Source of the DNA: Paragordius varius
Taxonomy: Eukaryota; Animalia; Nematomorpha
Length of the DNA stretch: 64,000 nt
Assembly: GCA_964247055.1 (NCBI GenBank)
Contig: OZ176054.1
Span: 4,464,001 to 4,528,000, forward strand
Reading direction: 5' to 3'
Both the position numbers and the translations under genes were made by a program. Below, one piece after another: positions 27,544 through 41,800 of the stretch (positions within the stretch are counted from its first letter, which is position 1; each line of letters starts with the position of its first letter). The notes under the pieces were generated by a model, which had not been told where the DNA came from, did no database searches, and was given only the letters and a program-made list of their open reading frames with translations.

Positions 27544-30500
27544 TGTGTGCAAAAAAATTTTAATGAAAAAATTTTAATGAAAAATTTTTTTTTTCATGAG
27601 ATAGCTTATAACCAGCGTATTCATTTGCAGCAAAAATTTTTATTTGTTGACAACCTAGTTTTTGAAATATTGAGAGAAAATCGAAATCGGCTAAAAAGTG
27701 AAAATTAAGGATAATTAAAAAAATAATGATAAAATTTGAATTATTATGGTTTATTATCATTTTAGGAGATATTTTCAATATATAAATAGCCTAAAATTAT
27801 AAAGTTAGGGTTTCTATAAAATTTCAGGTCAAAAGATGGCGTTTTTCTTTTATCACAGTTAGAAGACAAAATAAATTTAATGAAACTATCTTAAAATAAT
27901 TTTTTTTAATTATTTACTACCTAAATTCACTATTAAAATCTTAAAATTTATATTTTATTCAGTAAAAACTTCTATATCAAAATAAAACCAAAAATATTGT
28001 TTTTTATTTTTGCATTTTTTTGTCATCTGGTTTATGAGTGTATAAAAAAATTTATTCTGTATTATTTTGGATTCTCAGATAATTAGGAATTATTAAGTGT
28101 ATAATTCATGCAAAATAGGATTGAAAATTAGCGGAATATCAACCAACAATCCGTACAAATCCCAATACAAATATTAATTTGTCATAAAACAGACTTGTTA
28201 GAGGAAATTGCAAGGATTTTTTGGTTAATATTCCACTACTTTTAAATCCTATTTTGTATAAATTATATACTTACTAATCATGTCAGAATTTGAAATAAAA
28301 CAGTATAAATTTTTTATACACTGATAAACCAGATGACAAAAAAATGCAAAAATAAAAAACAATATTTTTGGTTTATTTTGATATAGAAGTTTATTTTACT
28401 GAATAAAATATGAATGTTAAGATTTTAATAGTGAGTTTAGGTAGTAAATAATTAAAAAAAGATTATTTTAAAATAGTTTCATTAAATTTATTTTGTCTTC
28501 TAACTGTGATAAAAGAAAAACGCCATCTTTTGACCTGAAATTTTATAGAAACCCTAACTTTATGATTTTAGGCTCTTTATATATTGAAAATATCTCCTAA
28601 AGTGATAATAAACCATAATATTTCAAATTTTTTCATTATTTTTTGAATTATCTTTAATTATCCTTAATTTTCACTTTTTGGCCGACGATTTTCTCTCAAT
28701 ATTTCAAAAACTAGGTTGTCAACAAATAAAAATTTTTGCGACAAATCAATACGCTGGTCATAAGCTGTCTCATGAAAAAAATTTTTTTCGTTAAATCAAA
28801 ATGACCCTCTTTTTTGCACACAGTGTATATATATGATGATCACATATAAATCATTAAATTTCGATCAAATGGTTAAGCTTAAAAATTACTGATAAAAATA
28901 TTCGGACATATTAGAAATATAATGGCATAAATTTAAATAAAAACAAAGATATTTATAATTCAATTTTTTTAATGTCATTTAAAACTGATTTTTATCAAAA
29001 TAACTATATATTTATTTAGATATTTACCAATTAAAATGTGACCAGATGTTAAATTTGGTATCAGTATTATGCTGTTTGGGTATTCAGGTGAATCGAATGA
29101 ACATGTCGTATTTAAATCCTCCATATTAAGATCAGATATAAATAGTTTTTTGTTCCGTTTATAAATTATGGCTGGGCGATCAGAACATATAATAACGTTG
29201 TACGTTTGTTGTTTCCGCTATTGATAAAAAACATGGGAGATAGAAGGAATATGGATGTTAGTCTAACTCTGAATTTATTAATCTTATAAATATTTTCTGT
29301 TTTGTAACCCTAATAAACTAATGTAGATTCTTTTTTTATAATATAATCCAAGTATTCATATACTATCTGCGCTTCAAAGTTGTCCTTTAACACTTTAAAT
29401 TTGTTTGCCTATAATAATCTATATTGGGTAAGAAATTGATAAAATATATAAATACGTATAATGTATTATATTTAAAACGAAACAATAAATAAAAAACCAA
29501 TTTGCAGTGCAAATATAATATTTTTCATTGACTGTTTAAATTTTTTTTTGCAAATAAAAGTAGCAAACATTAGAAGTTTTGACATGAGTATGCGATGGTT
29601 TAAGCGGAAATAGCTTAAAGGCCGGAGGTCTGGTCCCAATAACAAAACTTTTACGGTTTCGCAAGCTTCCCTTAATGGGATCCATGTTATAATGGTATAG
29701 GGTTCCATCCCCTAATGCCACAAAAAGATACGTGTCTTCATTATCTCTGTTAGCATATAAATATTATTTTTATTTTACCATTTTGTTTAATTAGAAAGAG
29801 TTAAATGTTTTAAACCTAAAAATCATAAATAAATTTATTATTAATTTTGCGGATGTTTGAATCAAATTATTTTATATGTACAATATTAATGAGTTCTGGA
29901 AAAATTAGAAAATTTTATGAGTTTTTTGTTTACACTACCTTAAAATACATTATCTAAATAATTAACAATAATTATTGAGATAAAAATGTTTTTTATTATA
30001 ATTTTTTCATAATAATTTAAATAATTATATTATGATTTTAGCGTTTGTTAAAATATCATATAAAAATATCGCAAAAATACTAAAATTTAAATTTTATATT
30101 TACATGTGAAATCCATTCTCAAGTTCTTTGGAAGATGGTTTAACAAAGTCAGCTAATCAACAAAAATAACAGATTTAAATAAAATCAGTATAGTAATAAC
30201 TATTATCTATAATAACTTTTATATAACCCTTTGAAATAATATTTTATTAAAATAATCAGATTTCTTCAAATTATATATATATAATTTAAGGGTACACAAG
30301 TTTTAATTCAATAATTGACTATTAAACAATTGACATATGTATACCATTATCCCTTTCAAAACGGCACATAATAATTGATCTGGGTATGATATTAGTATTG
30401 GGTAAAATTTCTTTGTGCAGTGTTTCCAAGGTTTCTAGTTGAAGCACTTCAATGCATAAATCACCCCAAAATCCGACTGCACATAAATGGCTAGTTATTG

Positions 30501-33500
30501 GACAAAAAAGTTATGTTAAAATTGTTTTCGATTATTACAGCAAACAATAAATTTACAAAAACAAGCATAAAAGCAAAGAATGAATATTTTTATAACGACG
30601 AAAACCATATATGTTAATCCTTTATTTTACTATAGAAATATCATATAATGTGTGCAAGACCAAATTAAATCTTTATCCTTATTGCAAAACCCATAACGAT
30701 AGATTATATTAAAATATTCGTTTTGAAAAATTAATAAAACCTCAATTTATTTAGTATGTTATAAATATAATCTCAAACACAAAATCAATCAATCAATCAA
30801 AGAAAAAACACCTTTTTGTCGTTTGAGGGGATGAAAAATCATTGATAGCCACATCTATGCAAGATATTTCATGTGAAAATTGTCGGTTTGCAATCATTTT
30901 TATTTCACCTTTACGTCGGTCGTTAAGACCAACTTCCAAGTAGTAAAGTTGATTGCTTGAAACAATACAACTCTGATCTCCATTACTTGATGCCAAAGTT
31001 ATAGGATTCAAAGGGCGTTGGTCGTCACTAAAATATAATGTTATTGGATTGCAAAATATATATATAATTTAGAGTATAAAACAAATTTATGTAGCATGAA
31101 TGATATTAATTATTTATTAAACAGCAAACATCAAATTGATTTTGGTAAGAAAACGCTCTCAAACTTCTAGATTAATCCAGTGTATTGAAGATAAAATAAT
31201 TTAAAATATCTCTTTATTCTTTAATTGTTTACATTTTAAAAAAATGAAAAAAATATTTCCACAAACTTTACAAAAATGTATAAAATCAAACAAGCAACAA
31301 ATATCAGTAATATATGTCTGTGCAACTAATTATTATATTGTAAAAAAGAGTGTCCAATTTTAAATATAAAATTTTGTAAAATGTGAGTAAAATTGTTTTT
31401 AAACAAACTTTCTGAATAAGTTTTTCCGAATTTCGGCAATGAAGTAGCAAAAATTGTTAATATCAATAGTAATTTTTACAGTCTTATGTTTGAAATCTAA
31501 TAAAATATTTGTAAAATTCCATATATTTTCCGAATGCAGCCCGTCGGATTTTTTAAACCAAAATGGGACCCCAGCAAAGAGATCGGTGTGTAGCACCTCT
31601 GCTATAGAACCTTAATTTAAGATATTTTAAACGGTAATATTTTGCCGAATCCGATTAAAAACAAGAATTTAAATATTATTGTAAAAATGAATGTTTTATA
31701 AAAACAACTATTAATACACTGTAAAGGGATTATTTCCATATATGAAAAACCGCATATATTTAAAAAAAATTGAAGAAAAAATATATAAAATTTCTGTTTT
31801 AGATTAAGAAATCAAAGCTCTTTGATATGACAAACATGCATTACTTGTCTAAAACTGTTTTGGGTATCCATTCATGAACCAATTGAGAAGCACCACGATC
31901 TATTAATCGCATACTGTGTGTTGTAATCTAATCAATTTAGATAATACGAAATATATTAAATGTTAAATTATGTTACCTTTATAAAGATGACCATTTTTTA
32001 TTACCCAAGATCTATCTAACTTATATGATTTAACTATGTGTGCTATCAATTTACATTTGTATTCCTTAGTTGGCAAAGCCAAAAAGATAGGAGAGTGATA
32101 ACAGGATAAAAATGTCGTTTTTGTATAAAAATATTATATTGTCTTTTATTTTAATGTTCGGTCTTTAGTCTTTATTGTTTACCAAAAAACACAATGCATA
32201 TTATATAGTTAGGCTAAACTATAAAAATTTAAACTGAAAAAACCGGCATAAATATGAGATAATGTATAAAAATAAAAATGAGTAATTCCATATTTAGCAG
32301 CCCAAAACAATAAGTTATAGAATATATTTTTTTCAGTTTCAAAACATATTCACATTTTAAATTTTGTGTTTATTATTCCCCCCTCCAAAAAAATAATGTT
32401 TGTTTTATTTTTATAATGGACAAAAATTACTATGGTGCTTTTTGGTTTTACTTAAATTTATTCAATGCAGACATCCTTACACTAACAATGTATAAATGTA
32501 AATTAATTCAATAGAGTAAAATTCATACCTGTAAAACATAATTATGAGATGTGTTGCCACACCAAAGCGTAGTGTAATCTTGCGTTATAAGGCCTGGGAT
32601 GTCAATTTCTTCAGCGCCTCCCCCAAAGGTGTCAACAACTGTGTCATTCATAAACTCAATATTTGTCATCGCATCGGGCTAGGTATAACAAAATAATAAA
32701 TAACACTTATTAATGATAGATCAAAATAAAATGAGGTGCGCTTGTTATTTTTGTTAAATATTTTGAAAAATATCTTTCTTTATAAATAAAAAAAATATTT
32801 AAGAATTATTAAGCATACTGTATCATCAATATATATCAAGTCACCGTATGTATTAACTTAGCTCTAAAAATAATTTTTAATTTTGTTAACAATATATGCA
32901 TCTATTAAATTGTTAAGAGTGAGTTAAATGTTCACATAAACTGATTTATAATATATCCAAACAGCCAAAAACATATTGTTTATATAAATATCCCTTTATT
33001 ACGTGTAACAAAAATTAAAAATCATCACAAAATTAAAAAACAATTAACGACAAAAACATTAAATATGTGAAAACTAACTAACATTGGTAGATGGTTCAAA
33101 AGCAAGAACTCTAGTATCCGTACCAATTGAAAGAACAAGATATGAATCGTGACCAGTGAGAGAATTTTTTAATGGCCATATATTTTTGATTCCATCAGTG
33201 GGAAGTTCCAAACAAGCCATTTTATTTAAGCCTATACCATCTTTCAAGATTCGTATGGTACCTATGTTTGATAAAATAATTGCATTTATATATCTAAATG
33301 GTGTAAAATAATAAAATTGTGTATTTATACAATGAACAAATATAAATGATATAAATTTCTAAATATTAACGTATAACATCAAACTATAATTTATTATCCA
33401 CACTAAACCGTTTTAATAATACCGCTCTTTTTCATAATGATAATATAAAAATGGACTTAAATCAACTTAGCCTTACGACAGAACAATGTGATCGTAAGTT

Positions 33501-36500
33501 ATGGCGGGAATTACTTCCTGACCACAAAACTCCGAATCTAGAGTTCTAACATTCATCCCCTGCCCCACTCCTCTCCCCCCCCCCCAAAAAAAAATAACTA
33601 TATTGCAAAGAAGTAAAAATATGCTCACAAATTAGTAAAATGAAGAATGATGACTTGTTAAAAATAAGATTTTTAAATATAAAACGAAAAAAACGAAATT
33701 ATTCATAATAAATTATCATATACAAATTAATGAAATGAAGAATATTTCATATACTAGATATAAATATCAAAATTACCCTCTTTAAATGCGCCTGAACAAG
33801 TTACTAATTGATCTTTGTAAGATGAATTATCAGCTTGCATAAGTAACATATCTACAATCGGTCCTAAATTTGTGAAGCGTTCCAAAACCTCTATATACGT
33901 ATATTGAATTTTGGGCTGCCCTATAACAAAAAACATAAAAAATGAAAGTAACTTAAAAATTAAAACTATGATGTCCAACACGCTTCCCGCGATATTTTGT
34001 GCGGCCCATTAGTATAGAAAATTGGCTAATAATACGAAATTCCATAATGTGCAAAAATATGCTAAATTGGTAATTCTTAAAAAAATTTGATTCTAAATAT
34101 GCCTTTCCAATTTTTGGGCAATAAACTTCTTGCACAAATTAAATAAAAATATTATTTTGTTTTCGTAATTTTTTGTGTTTAATTTGTAATAATCAAATAA
34201 TATATCCCCCGTTTTATTTTTGAATGTGGCAAGCACGCGAAGCCATTCATATTGGGTTTAAGGCAAAAAAAACTAACATTGTTTAAACATACCATGTGGA
34301 CTATTTTTGCTTGATGTGATGGGCGAAACTGAGTTACGGATAGCCATGGGTGTTGATTTAAGTCGAATTAGTTGGGAGTCACCAAGTTTACTCCCAATGA
34401 AAACAACACCATTATCCAAATAAGTTATGGATTCGGGGATAGAAATTTCCCCCAAATATTCCAATTTCATATCGTAAATTATGGGGGCCTGGGAACCTAA
34501 TTTATTCATATATGTATATATAAATAAATTTATCGGTAGAATTTTTAAAATATGAATAATACAAAGAGTAATGTTTTATTCATGATAAGAAAGTATATTA
34601 CCTGTTAATTAAAAAATTATATACAGCAAATAAAAAATTTTTGTGAATGAAAATCAATTCTTTAAATAAATTTACATATTCTTTATTTTTCATAATAATA
34701 GATAATGGTTAATTCAATATTATTCCAGACTCACAGGGCTATAAAATTACGAACTAATAATTGTGTCTATATTTAACGTAAAAAAAAGATTATGGCAAAA
34801 CTGAGAGACCTAATTAAATCGGAAAATAGAATTATGACTATAGTTTATGGTCTTCATTTATATAAATAAATCATAAAGAGAGGTTATTATAGGGGGAATA
34901 GAATTATAAAGATAAAAGCAAAAAATAAAAGACATTGTTTTATAAAAAATTTCATACTTTAAACCTTGATTTCTACCTAGCCTAAATAATTACGATTTGA
35001 TATTTATAATGAAACCAATTTGCATCTCTATACCTTACTTTAACAATCAAAGCCCTAAGTAATAACAAAAAAAACAAGCTTAAAAATATGGTTGGCTTTT
35101 CAAAAAAACATTTGTATTTTAGTTTTTAAGTGTTTCTATGGGTTTATCCCTATTTACCGTAAATTTTATTTAACTATACCATTACCCATTCTATTTCTCA
35201 AATGAAATCCTTTCGTAGCACCGGTCCCACCCCCAGCCACAATACTATCTTCCATGAGTTTTGGGTTTGAATGAAAATTAGTGTTAGCTTGTAGAGGTGA
35301 CTCCTTATTTTCGTTTTTGCTGTTTGGATTTTCAGACTCTAGTATAAGCATAAAAAGACGGCCTCCCATATCACCTAACAAATATCGACTACCATTTGCA
35401 TCCACCTTACAATGGCTCGTGATAAAGAATTGTTTCATAGCGGGCGGACGGATCGCAAATGGTGAACATTCAGCACTACCTCCTCTAAATATTTTATAAA
35501 ATATTAATGATTCAATGGATTTGGATGTTTTTTGCACAAAAGAAGTATTGATTTTATTATAATTATTATTGCAAACGTTTATTGAAATAACTAATTACAG
35601 AGTTATGTATAAATTTATTGTCACAAGAGTGTATAATAAGATTAAATCTAAATATATCCCGTTTAATCAAAAATATAAATAAAAGTACGATACCTTATTG
35701 TCAAATAAAAATAAAATTTGCAAATTTGACATATCAAAAAATATTTTTCAGATTTTTTGGATTGCAACATTAATTGTGTTGTAAAAGTTTGCACAAGTCG
35801 GAAAAACCGTCAAAATAAATTGTTATGGCTAAAATTACTTATGTCCAATCAAAATTTTCATATATTAAAAAAATAATCAAATGATAAACACTATATGAAT
35901 AATATAAAATGTATAATTAAAATTAGGCAATAACAAAAAGACAAAATCGAAATATATTTTCGATATAAATTTTATATCGTCGTCAAAAGGGTAAAAATCA
36001 TACATTTAGTATCAATTAATCGCTTTTGTGTGATTTTTATCCAATCATATATAAATTATATCGTCGAGAAAATATATTTGAATTTTAATCTGAAAGCCTA
36101 TTATTGCATACAATTTTAAAATTAATTATGAATGAGTTAATAATTACCTATAATACATGATAGATTCTTGACCAATGATAATAACACCCCCACCCAGTAA
36201 AACAGGTACGGGTATTAGAATACAAGCTTCGGCTTCAATGTTATTCTCATTCCAGGGGCCACGCATTAAATCACGTTCAGTTAACTTATAGGTTCGTAAA
36301 TGCCTGCCCTCACTATCTTGATTAATGAGAGCTAACATGGGCGTCTATACAGTTTTGTACTTTGTTTTATTAATGATTAGTAAAAAAATAATATCTGATT
36401 TTACAAGGTTTACTCAAATAATAATAATGTGATAAAAACAATAAAAGCTTCGATTTTTATATGAAAGAACAATTATATAAGATATAAGTTTTTTAAATAT

Positions 36501-37585
36501 CAAACTAAAACCATTTTCTCCAATCAAAGATGTTTATGTTTTTATGACATCAATTCGGATCCTTTATAAGGGTTAAATGACTAATCTAATGTAATCGCAA
36601 AGTTCTGATAAATCGATAAAAGCTTATTCAAAATGTTTCAAAGCCATAAACCGGTAGTAAAAAATTACTACCGGCACATTTATGAAAATGTGCCTCATAA
36701 AAAATTATTATTTTTTTCAAATTTTAAATGAATGTGACCCCTAACCTGATTTATTTAGATAAACCAATAAAAAACAACAGACAACATTTTTTTGAATCAT
36801 GTATTTTATTTTAGTGTTTTTAATTAGTTATACATTTTAGAACCTAATTTAAAAAATCCGCAAAATTAACATCTGAAAGCCATCAATTTTGTCCGAATTT
36901 TTCAAAAAATATGATTGGTTTAGATCCCCAAAATTAAATAACTTTGTGAATAAACATAATATAATTCGATTTAGCAAATTACGGAATTGATATTTTTTGT
37001 ATTAACATGTAATAATCCATTAAACATTGTTATAAAGAAAAATAAAAATGAACTAAAATCATACATCAAATCCATCCAGGAATTGAATGTCAATAATTTT
37101 TCTTTCCTCAATGTTTACATTAAAGGCCCGTATTTCATTTTTAAGGCTGGTGTAAGATGCCAAACAACCACTCATATTGTCTGATAGTTGAGGAGTGTCA
37201 TCATCAGTACTGAGAAACATTTGTTCATCCAATTTTATGAGCTTATAAACGCCATCATAGAGACGTAAGCCAATAGCACGTCCTTCTGGGTCGATTGAAA
37301 CAATCATACCTGTGATTTAAAGTAATAAAAAAGGAGAAAATAGAAATATATTTTGACACTCATGCTATAAAAATTATTGAACAAATAATAATAAAATTAC
37401 TTTTATTTTAATAATATTGCATAAGGAGTCAGTCGATTTTAATTATAAAATATTTAAAAATCCAAACACCTTTTAATTCTTTTGATTAGGAAACGCATTA
37501 ATATTCATAAAATGTACTGAAATATAAAAAAAGTTTATCAACTGACAAATTTTATCCAAAAATGTAACCACAACTTATCATTATG

Positions 37586-37621
<36 letters not shown>

Positions 37622-38772
37622 GATATTTTTAAAAAAATCATAGTAAATTTTATAGTTGTCATCAAGATATCTATAATATATGTAAAGATTATGCAAATAA
37701 AATAAAATTATTAAAAATATATAAGCAAGATGGTGCTTCAGAGAATTTTTTATAAAAATAATATGCCATATGTCGTCCTAAATATATAACATATCCAAAA
37801 ATCATTTAATTTAAAATAAATTATTAGCAACGCAAAAGTGAACTCGACAAATCCCATAAAAAATGTATCGGTCATAAATATATATGAAAAATAGCAATCA
37901 CACACAAAGCTTTTTATCTATTTGAATTAAAATAGATGAAATACAAAAAAAATATAAATAAATTAATTCTTTATTAAACCAATGACTTCATTTAAAAAGA
38001 TAAAAAAATATTTGTCATAATTTACGAAAAAAATTTTGGTTTATTAAATATAATCTCTTGATCCTATACAGTCCTGGTATTTTAAAAAACTTGTTCCATT
38101 TAAAAATATATGTTATCATGTGTTCAATTAATCTAACAGTCTATATAATATTAAATGAATTCGTTTTAGATAATGAATCCGCTTAATTTGAAATGCCTCG
38201 AATTCAGACACAACATTTTGAAAATGAAGTATCGGTCAAATTGCTTTATACAATTAAATTTTAATTTTGATATATCCATTTGAGATATATTAAAAAAAGA
38301 ATAAATGGCTTGAGATATTGTGCTTATAATAAACCTGTATCAGACGGACGACCAATTCTTTCAAAAACGCTACCATATGCGCGCGTCGATATATTGAGTG
38401 TGCCATTGGGATTTTTGCAACATTCCAATATTGCTATATTGTATCTAATATATTATTTTATATTATACTTATGGGTTAACAGAAATAAACATTCTTTGGC
38501 AAAATCTTTATTTGCCTTTTTTGCACTTTTTAAATATATTGATTTGAATAAGTGAATGGACATAATTTTACCAAAGACATTAAATTCTTTTACTAATTTC
38601 AATCCTTCTGGGGTTATCAGATAGATTTCTAGAATTGTGCTTTTTGCAATGATAACATTAAGATCAGTAGAACTTGTAAATGAACCAGATATGCAGCAAG
38701 ATACCGCAGTAGGCTTTTGATTACTCACTATTAAAGATTATTATAAATTTTACCTAAGTAATTGTAGCTCAT
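19285..38772 (-). CDS. DDB1: DNA damage-binding protein 1 (CUL4 adaptor), ~28 exons
   Basis: Phase-consistent GT-AG exon chain from ATG 38772 ([15 protein letters not shown]) to stop 19285 ([13 protein letters not shown]). Hallmark motifs [99 protein letters not shown] few small insertion exons are less certain. Confidence 0.97.
24470..24700. mobile_element. Partial hAT MITE related to 53336-53641 (another decayed copy at ~33965-34260)
   Basis: Right end gttgaacaccgctg and shared internal blocks attgatgccca / gcgaagccatt. Confidence 0.45.
26171..26393. repeat. Two tandem copies of a ~113-bp unit in a DDB1 intron
   Basis: tatggaataattcagcaaaaatt...ttcgattactacaagta...aaataaaattaaaatataaactaaaattt occurs twice; the same unit occurs at 42121-42347. 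Confidence 0.9.
27541..28825. mobile_element. Foldback-type MITE with ~600-bp inverted arms, TA-flanked (Tc1/mariner-like ends), in a DDB1 intron
   Basis: Ends cactgtgtgcaaaaaa / ttttttgcacacagtg. Arms ~27541-28140 and ~28225-28825 are reverse complements. The left end abuts a (TA)n tract and the right end is followed by tatatata. Confidence 0.88.
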
Positions 38773-38827
38773 GGGGAAAAAATGTGACTGATTTCACCCT
38801 TTTAGTACGGTTTTCAAATTTGAAAGC

Positions 38828-41800
38828 ATGTCCAATTTTATATACGAAGGAAAGTGTCAATTTGAAATAAAATCTACTGTATTTTATAACCCGGTACAGG
38901 AATTTAACAGAGACTTAAGGTTAGTTTTTTTGTATGAATAAAGTGTGCTTGTTATATACTCTTATTTACTGGAAAATAAAATGGGTCAAGTTTAGTATCT
39001 TAATTTTTTAGCCTAAAATATTGGATTCTTTATCGGCGTCTGGATTGCGTGCAATTAGATATTATAAGGAATTATCCCAATTCAATCCAATTATATATGC
39101 GAATGATTTATCAGCAATGGCATCCGAACAAATCTCAAAGAATGCAAAATTAAACAACATAACCAACATCGAAATTCTTAACATTGATGCCAAGTATTAT
39201 GAAACCTTGAAAATAATAGTATATTAATGATGTCGAAAACTCGTGCTTTTGATATCATAGATTTGGATCCGTATGGGTCATCCGCACCGTTTTTTGCTTC
39301 AGCCTTTAATGCCATAAAAAGCGGAGGTGCTTAAAACATTTTTATTATTTTTAAAATCATTGTAATATATATTTTTTATGAGGTGCTAGCTCTATTGTAG
39401 TCATTTAAAAAATTTGGGGTTGTTCAATAATCTAGATATTACTATAACCTATTCAAGGTAACTTTATTTAATTATTAAGTTTTGGAATAATATCTCTTCC
39501 TTTTTAATACACTTTACAGCTTTATTATTGGTTAAATGGAAGAATGTAAATAGGATCAAAATATTTAAAATATGTGGATTATGATTTTTAATGCAATTTC
39601 TTACTTATAATAGCAAAAAAAACTTGCTTACATATAAATTATAATCTTTTTTCTATAATAACAAGAAATTTAAACATGCTCATGACTAATAATAATAGGT
39701 CATTTTATAGATTATAAAACACAATTAATTTTTTGTGTTCGTTCGTTTCAGGATTATTATGCGTAACGTGTACAGACATGGGCGTTTTATGCGGTGCAAC
39801 TGGACATCGTTCTTTTGGCCGTTATGGGTCGCTAGCACTTCATACAAAATATGCACATGAAATGGTTTTTCTCATAATTTTTTACGTAAATGTGATGATT
39901 AAAATTCTTTCGATTATATATATATCGTAATATGGTTAAAAGTTTGAAATTTATGATATACAAAATTATTGCTTCAGTGATAATACATTTTTTACACTAT
40001 TAAAATTTAATTGGTCAATTTCGTTTTAATAAAAGAAAAAGCATATGCTTTTATTTTTTAATATATAACTGAATATGGTCGCGAATGATTGTATTTATAA
40101 GCGGTCACACCGGCTTTTAATGTTTAACCGGTCAAAAACTAACCATATGTCTCTACCGTAGATAAATATTCTACATTTTAAGATATTATTCTCTATATAG
40201 CTCGCGTCTTTTTAAATTTAAATAAATTAATCTTTAGAGTCTCCGAATTGTGCTAAACGCTTTAGAAACGCATGCGAACCTCTATGACAAAATTATTGAA
40301 CCCTTACTTTGTGTAAGCATCGATTTTTATGTCAGACTATTTGTTAGAGTCAGGAAAAACCCTTCAGAAGTTCACATAACTGCTAGGTTTAACCCCCAAT
40401 AGTATATATGTTTTATATAGCAAACGATCGCTAGTTTATCATTGCAATTCTTGTCATACATATTATATGCACCCACTTGCTAACGTTGTCATTGAAAAGG
40501 GGAAAAGTATATTTTTTTACATTAAAATTTTTGTAATTTATATATATTTATAAATTAATCTTGTTGTATAAATTTATTTTTACTATGATAAATAAAAAAT
40601 AATTTTTTCTTTGTGATTCCACTATCCTTTATCCAATGAATTATATGAAAATTATTTCCCATAAATACAATTTAAATTTAATATAAGTAAATTGGGCAAA
40701 TGCGATATATTTTTCAATATAAAAAATTTATATTTTGAGTTATATGGCTAGCTCTCTATCAATCATTCGTTTTGATATTGCCAAATAGTATAAATTAATC
40801 ATAATATGTCACCTGCTTACTGTAATTTTTTGAAATTGTTACATTTATATTTGTATAGAACAGTTCAAATGGGCACACGGAATTAATATGGAAAAATGTA
40901 GCATATGTAATCACAATTTAATTGTAAGCGTATTTATAACTTTTTTCTGTCATAAATGTAATATAAATTTTTTTATTTTAGATAGGCGGACCTGTTTGGA
41001 ATGGCCCATTACATGATTCAACTTTTATAACACATTTGATAACCACACTGCATGAAAATAATAAAGATAATTGCCAAGAATTAAAATTAAATACATCGGA
41101 TAGAATTAAGGGACTCTTGCAGTTAATTAAAGAAGTAATGAGCATTTATGAAAATAGGAATTAAATACCCCCCTGTATTACAAAATGGATAAAATAACGA
41201 GTGTTTTGGGTATGAGTGTCCCCAAATCGACATACATAAGGTTTTTTAAATGTTTTTAAACACTTTTAGATCTGCTATTTTAAATGCCGGCTATCTGGTT
41301 TCCATATCACATTGCGATCCAAATTCTATAAAAACAAATGCTCCGCCACAATTTATATGGGATATTTTTAAAACTCTTGTAAAACTTTAGTAATATACAG
41401 GAAAAGCCAAATATAAGTTTTTATAGCAGATATAAATAATGAGATTTAAAAAATTTTGGTTAATTATTTTATGTATTTTTAGAATACATTAAAACCTATA
41501 AATTTAATTGATAGGACATTATAAATAAATCAAAATTAAATTACCATGTTTTTATAAAATAAGAATTTAAAATTTTTAATCCCCTTTTGTTATAATATAT
41601 GCTTTTGAAAAAGCACAAATTTATCATTAATTTTTTCATTACCACTTTTTATATTAAAACTAATGTTTTATTTTTATGCGGTTTTTGCCGCAAAAAATCT
41701 ATAAAATTGATATTTTAGGCCAAATCTCAAAATACTCATCCCAAATCGACGACTGGTACATTTATTTTATCACAACCCATCAAGTAAGTTTTTATAAAAG

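Noticed and set aside
33470-33540. DRKLWREL-encoding snippet in a DDB1 intron
   Set aside because: Probably a LINE 3'-end fragment, but too short to support as a feature.
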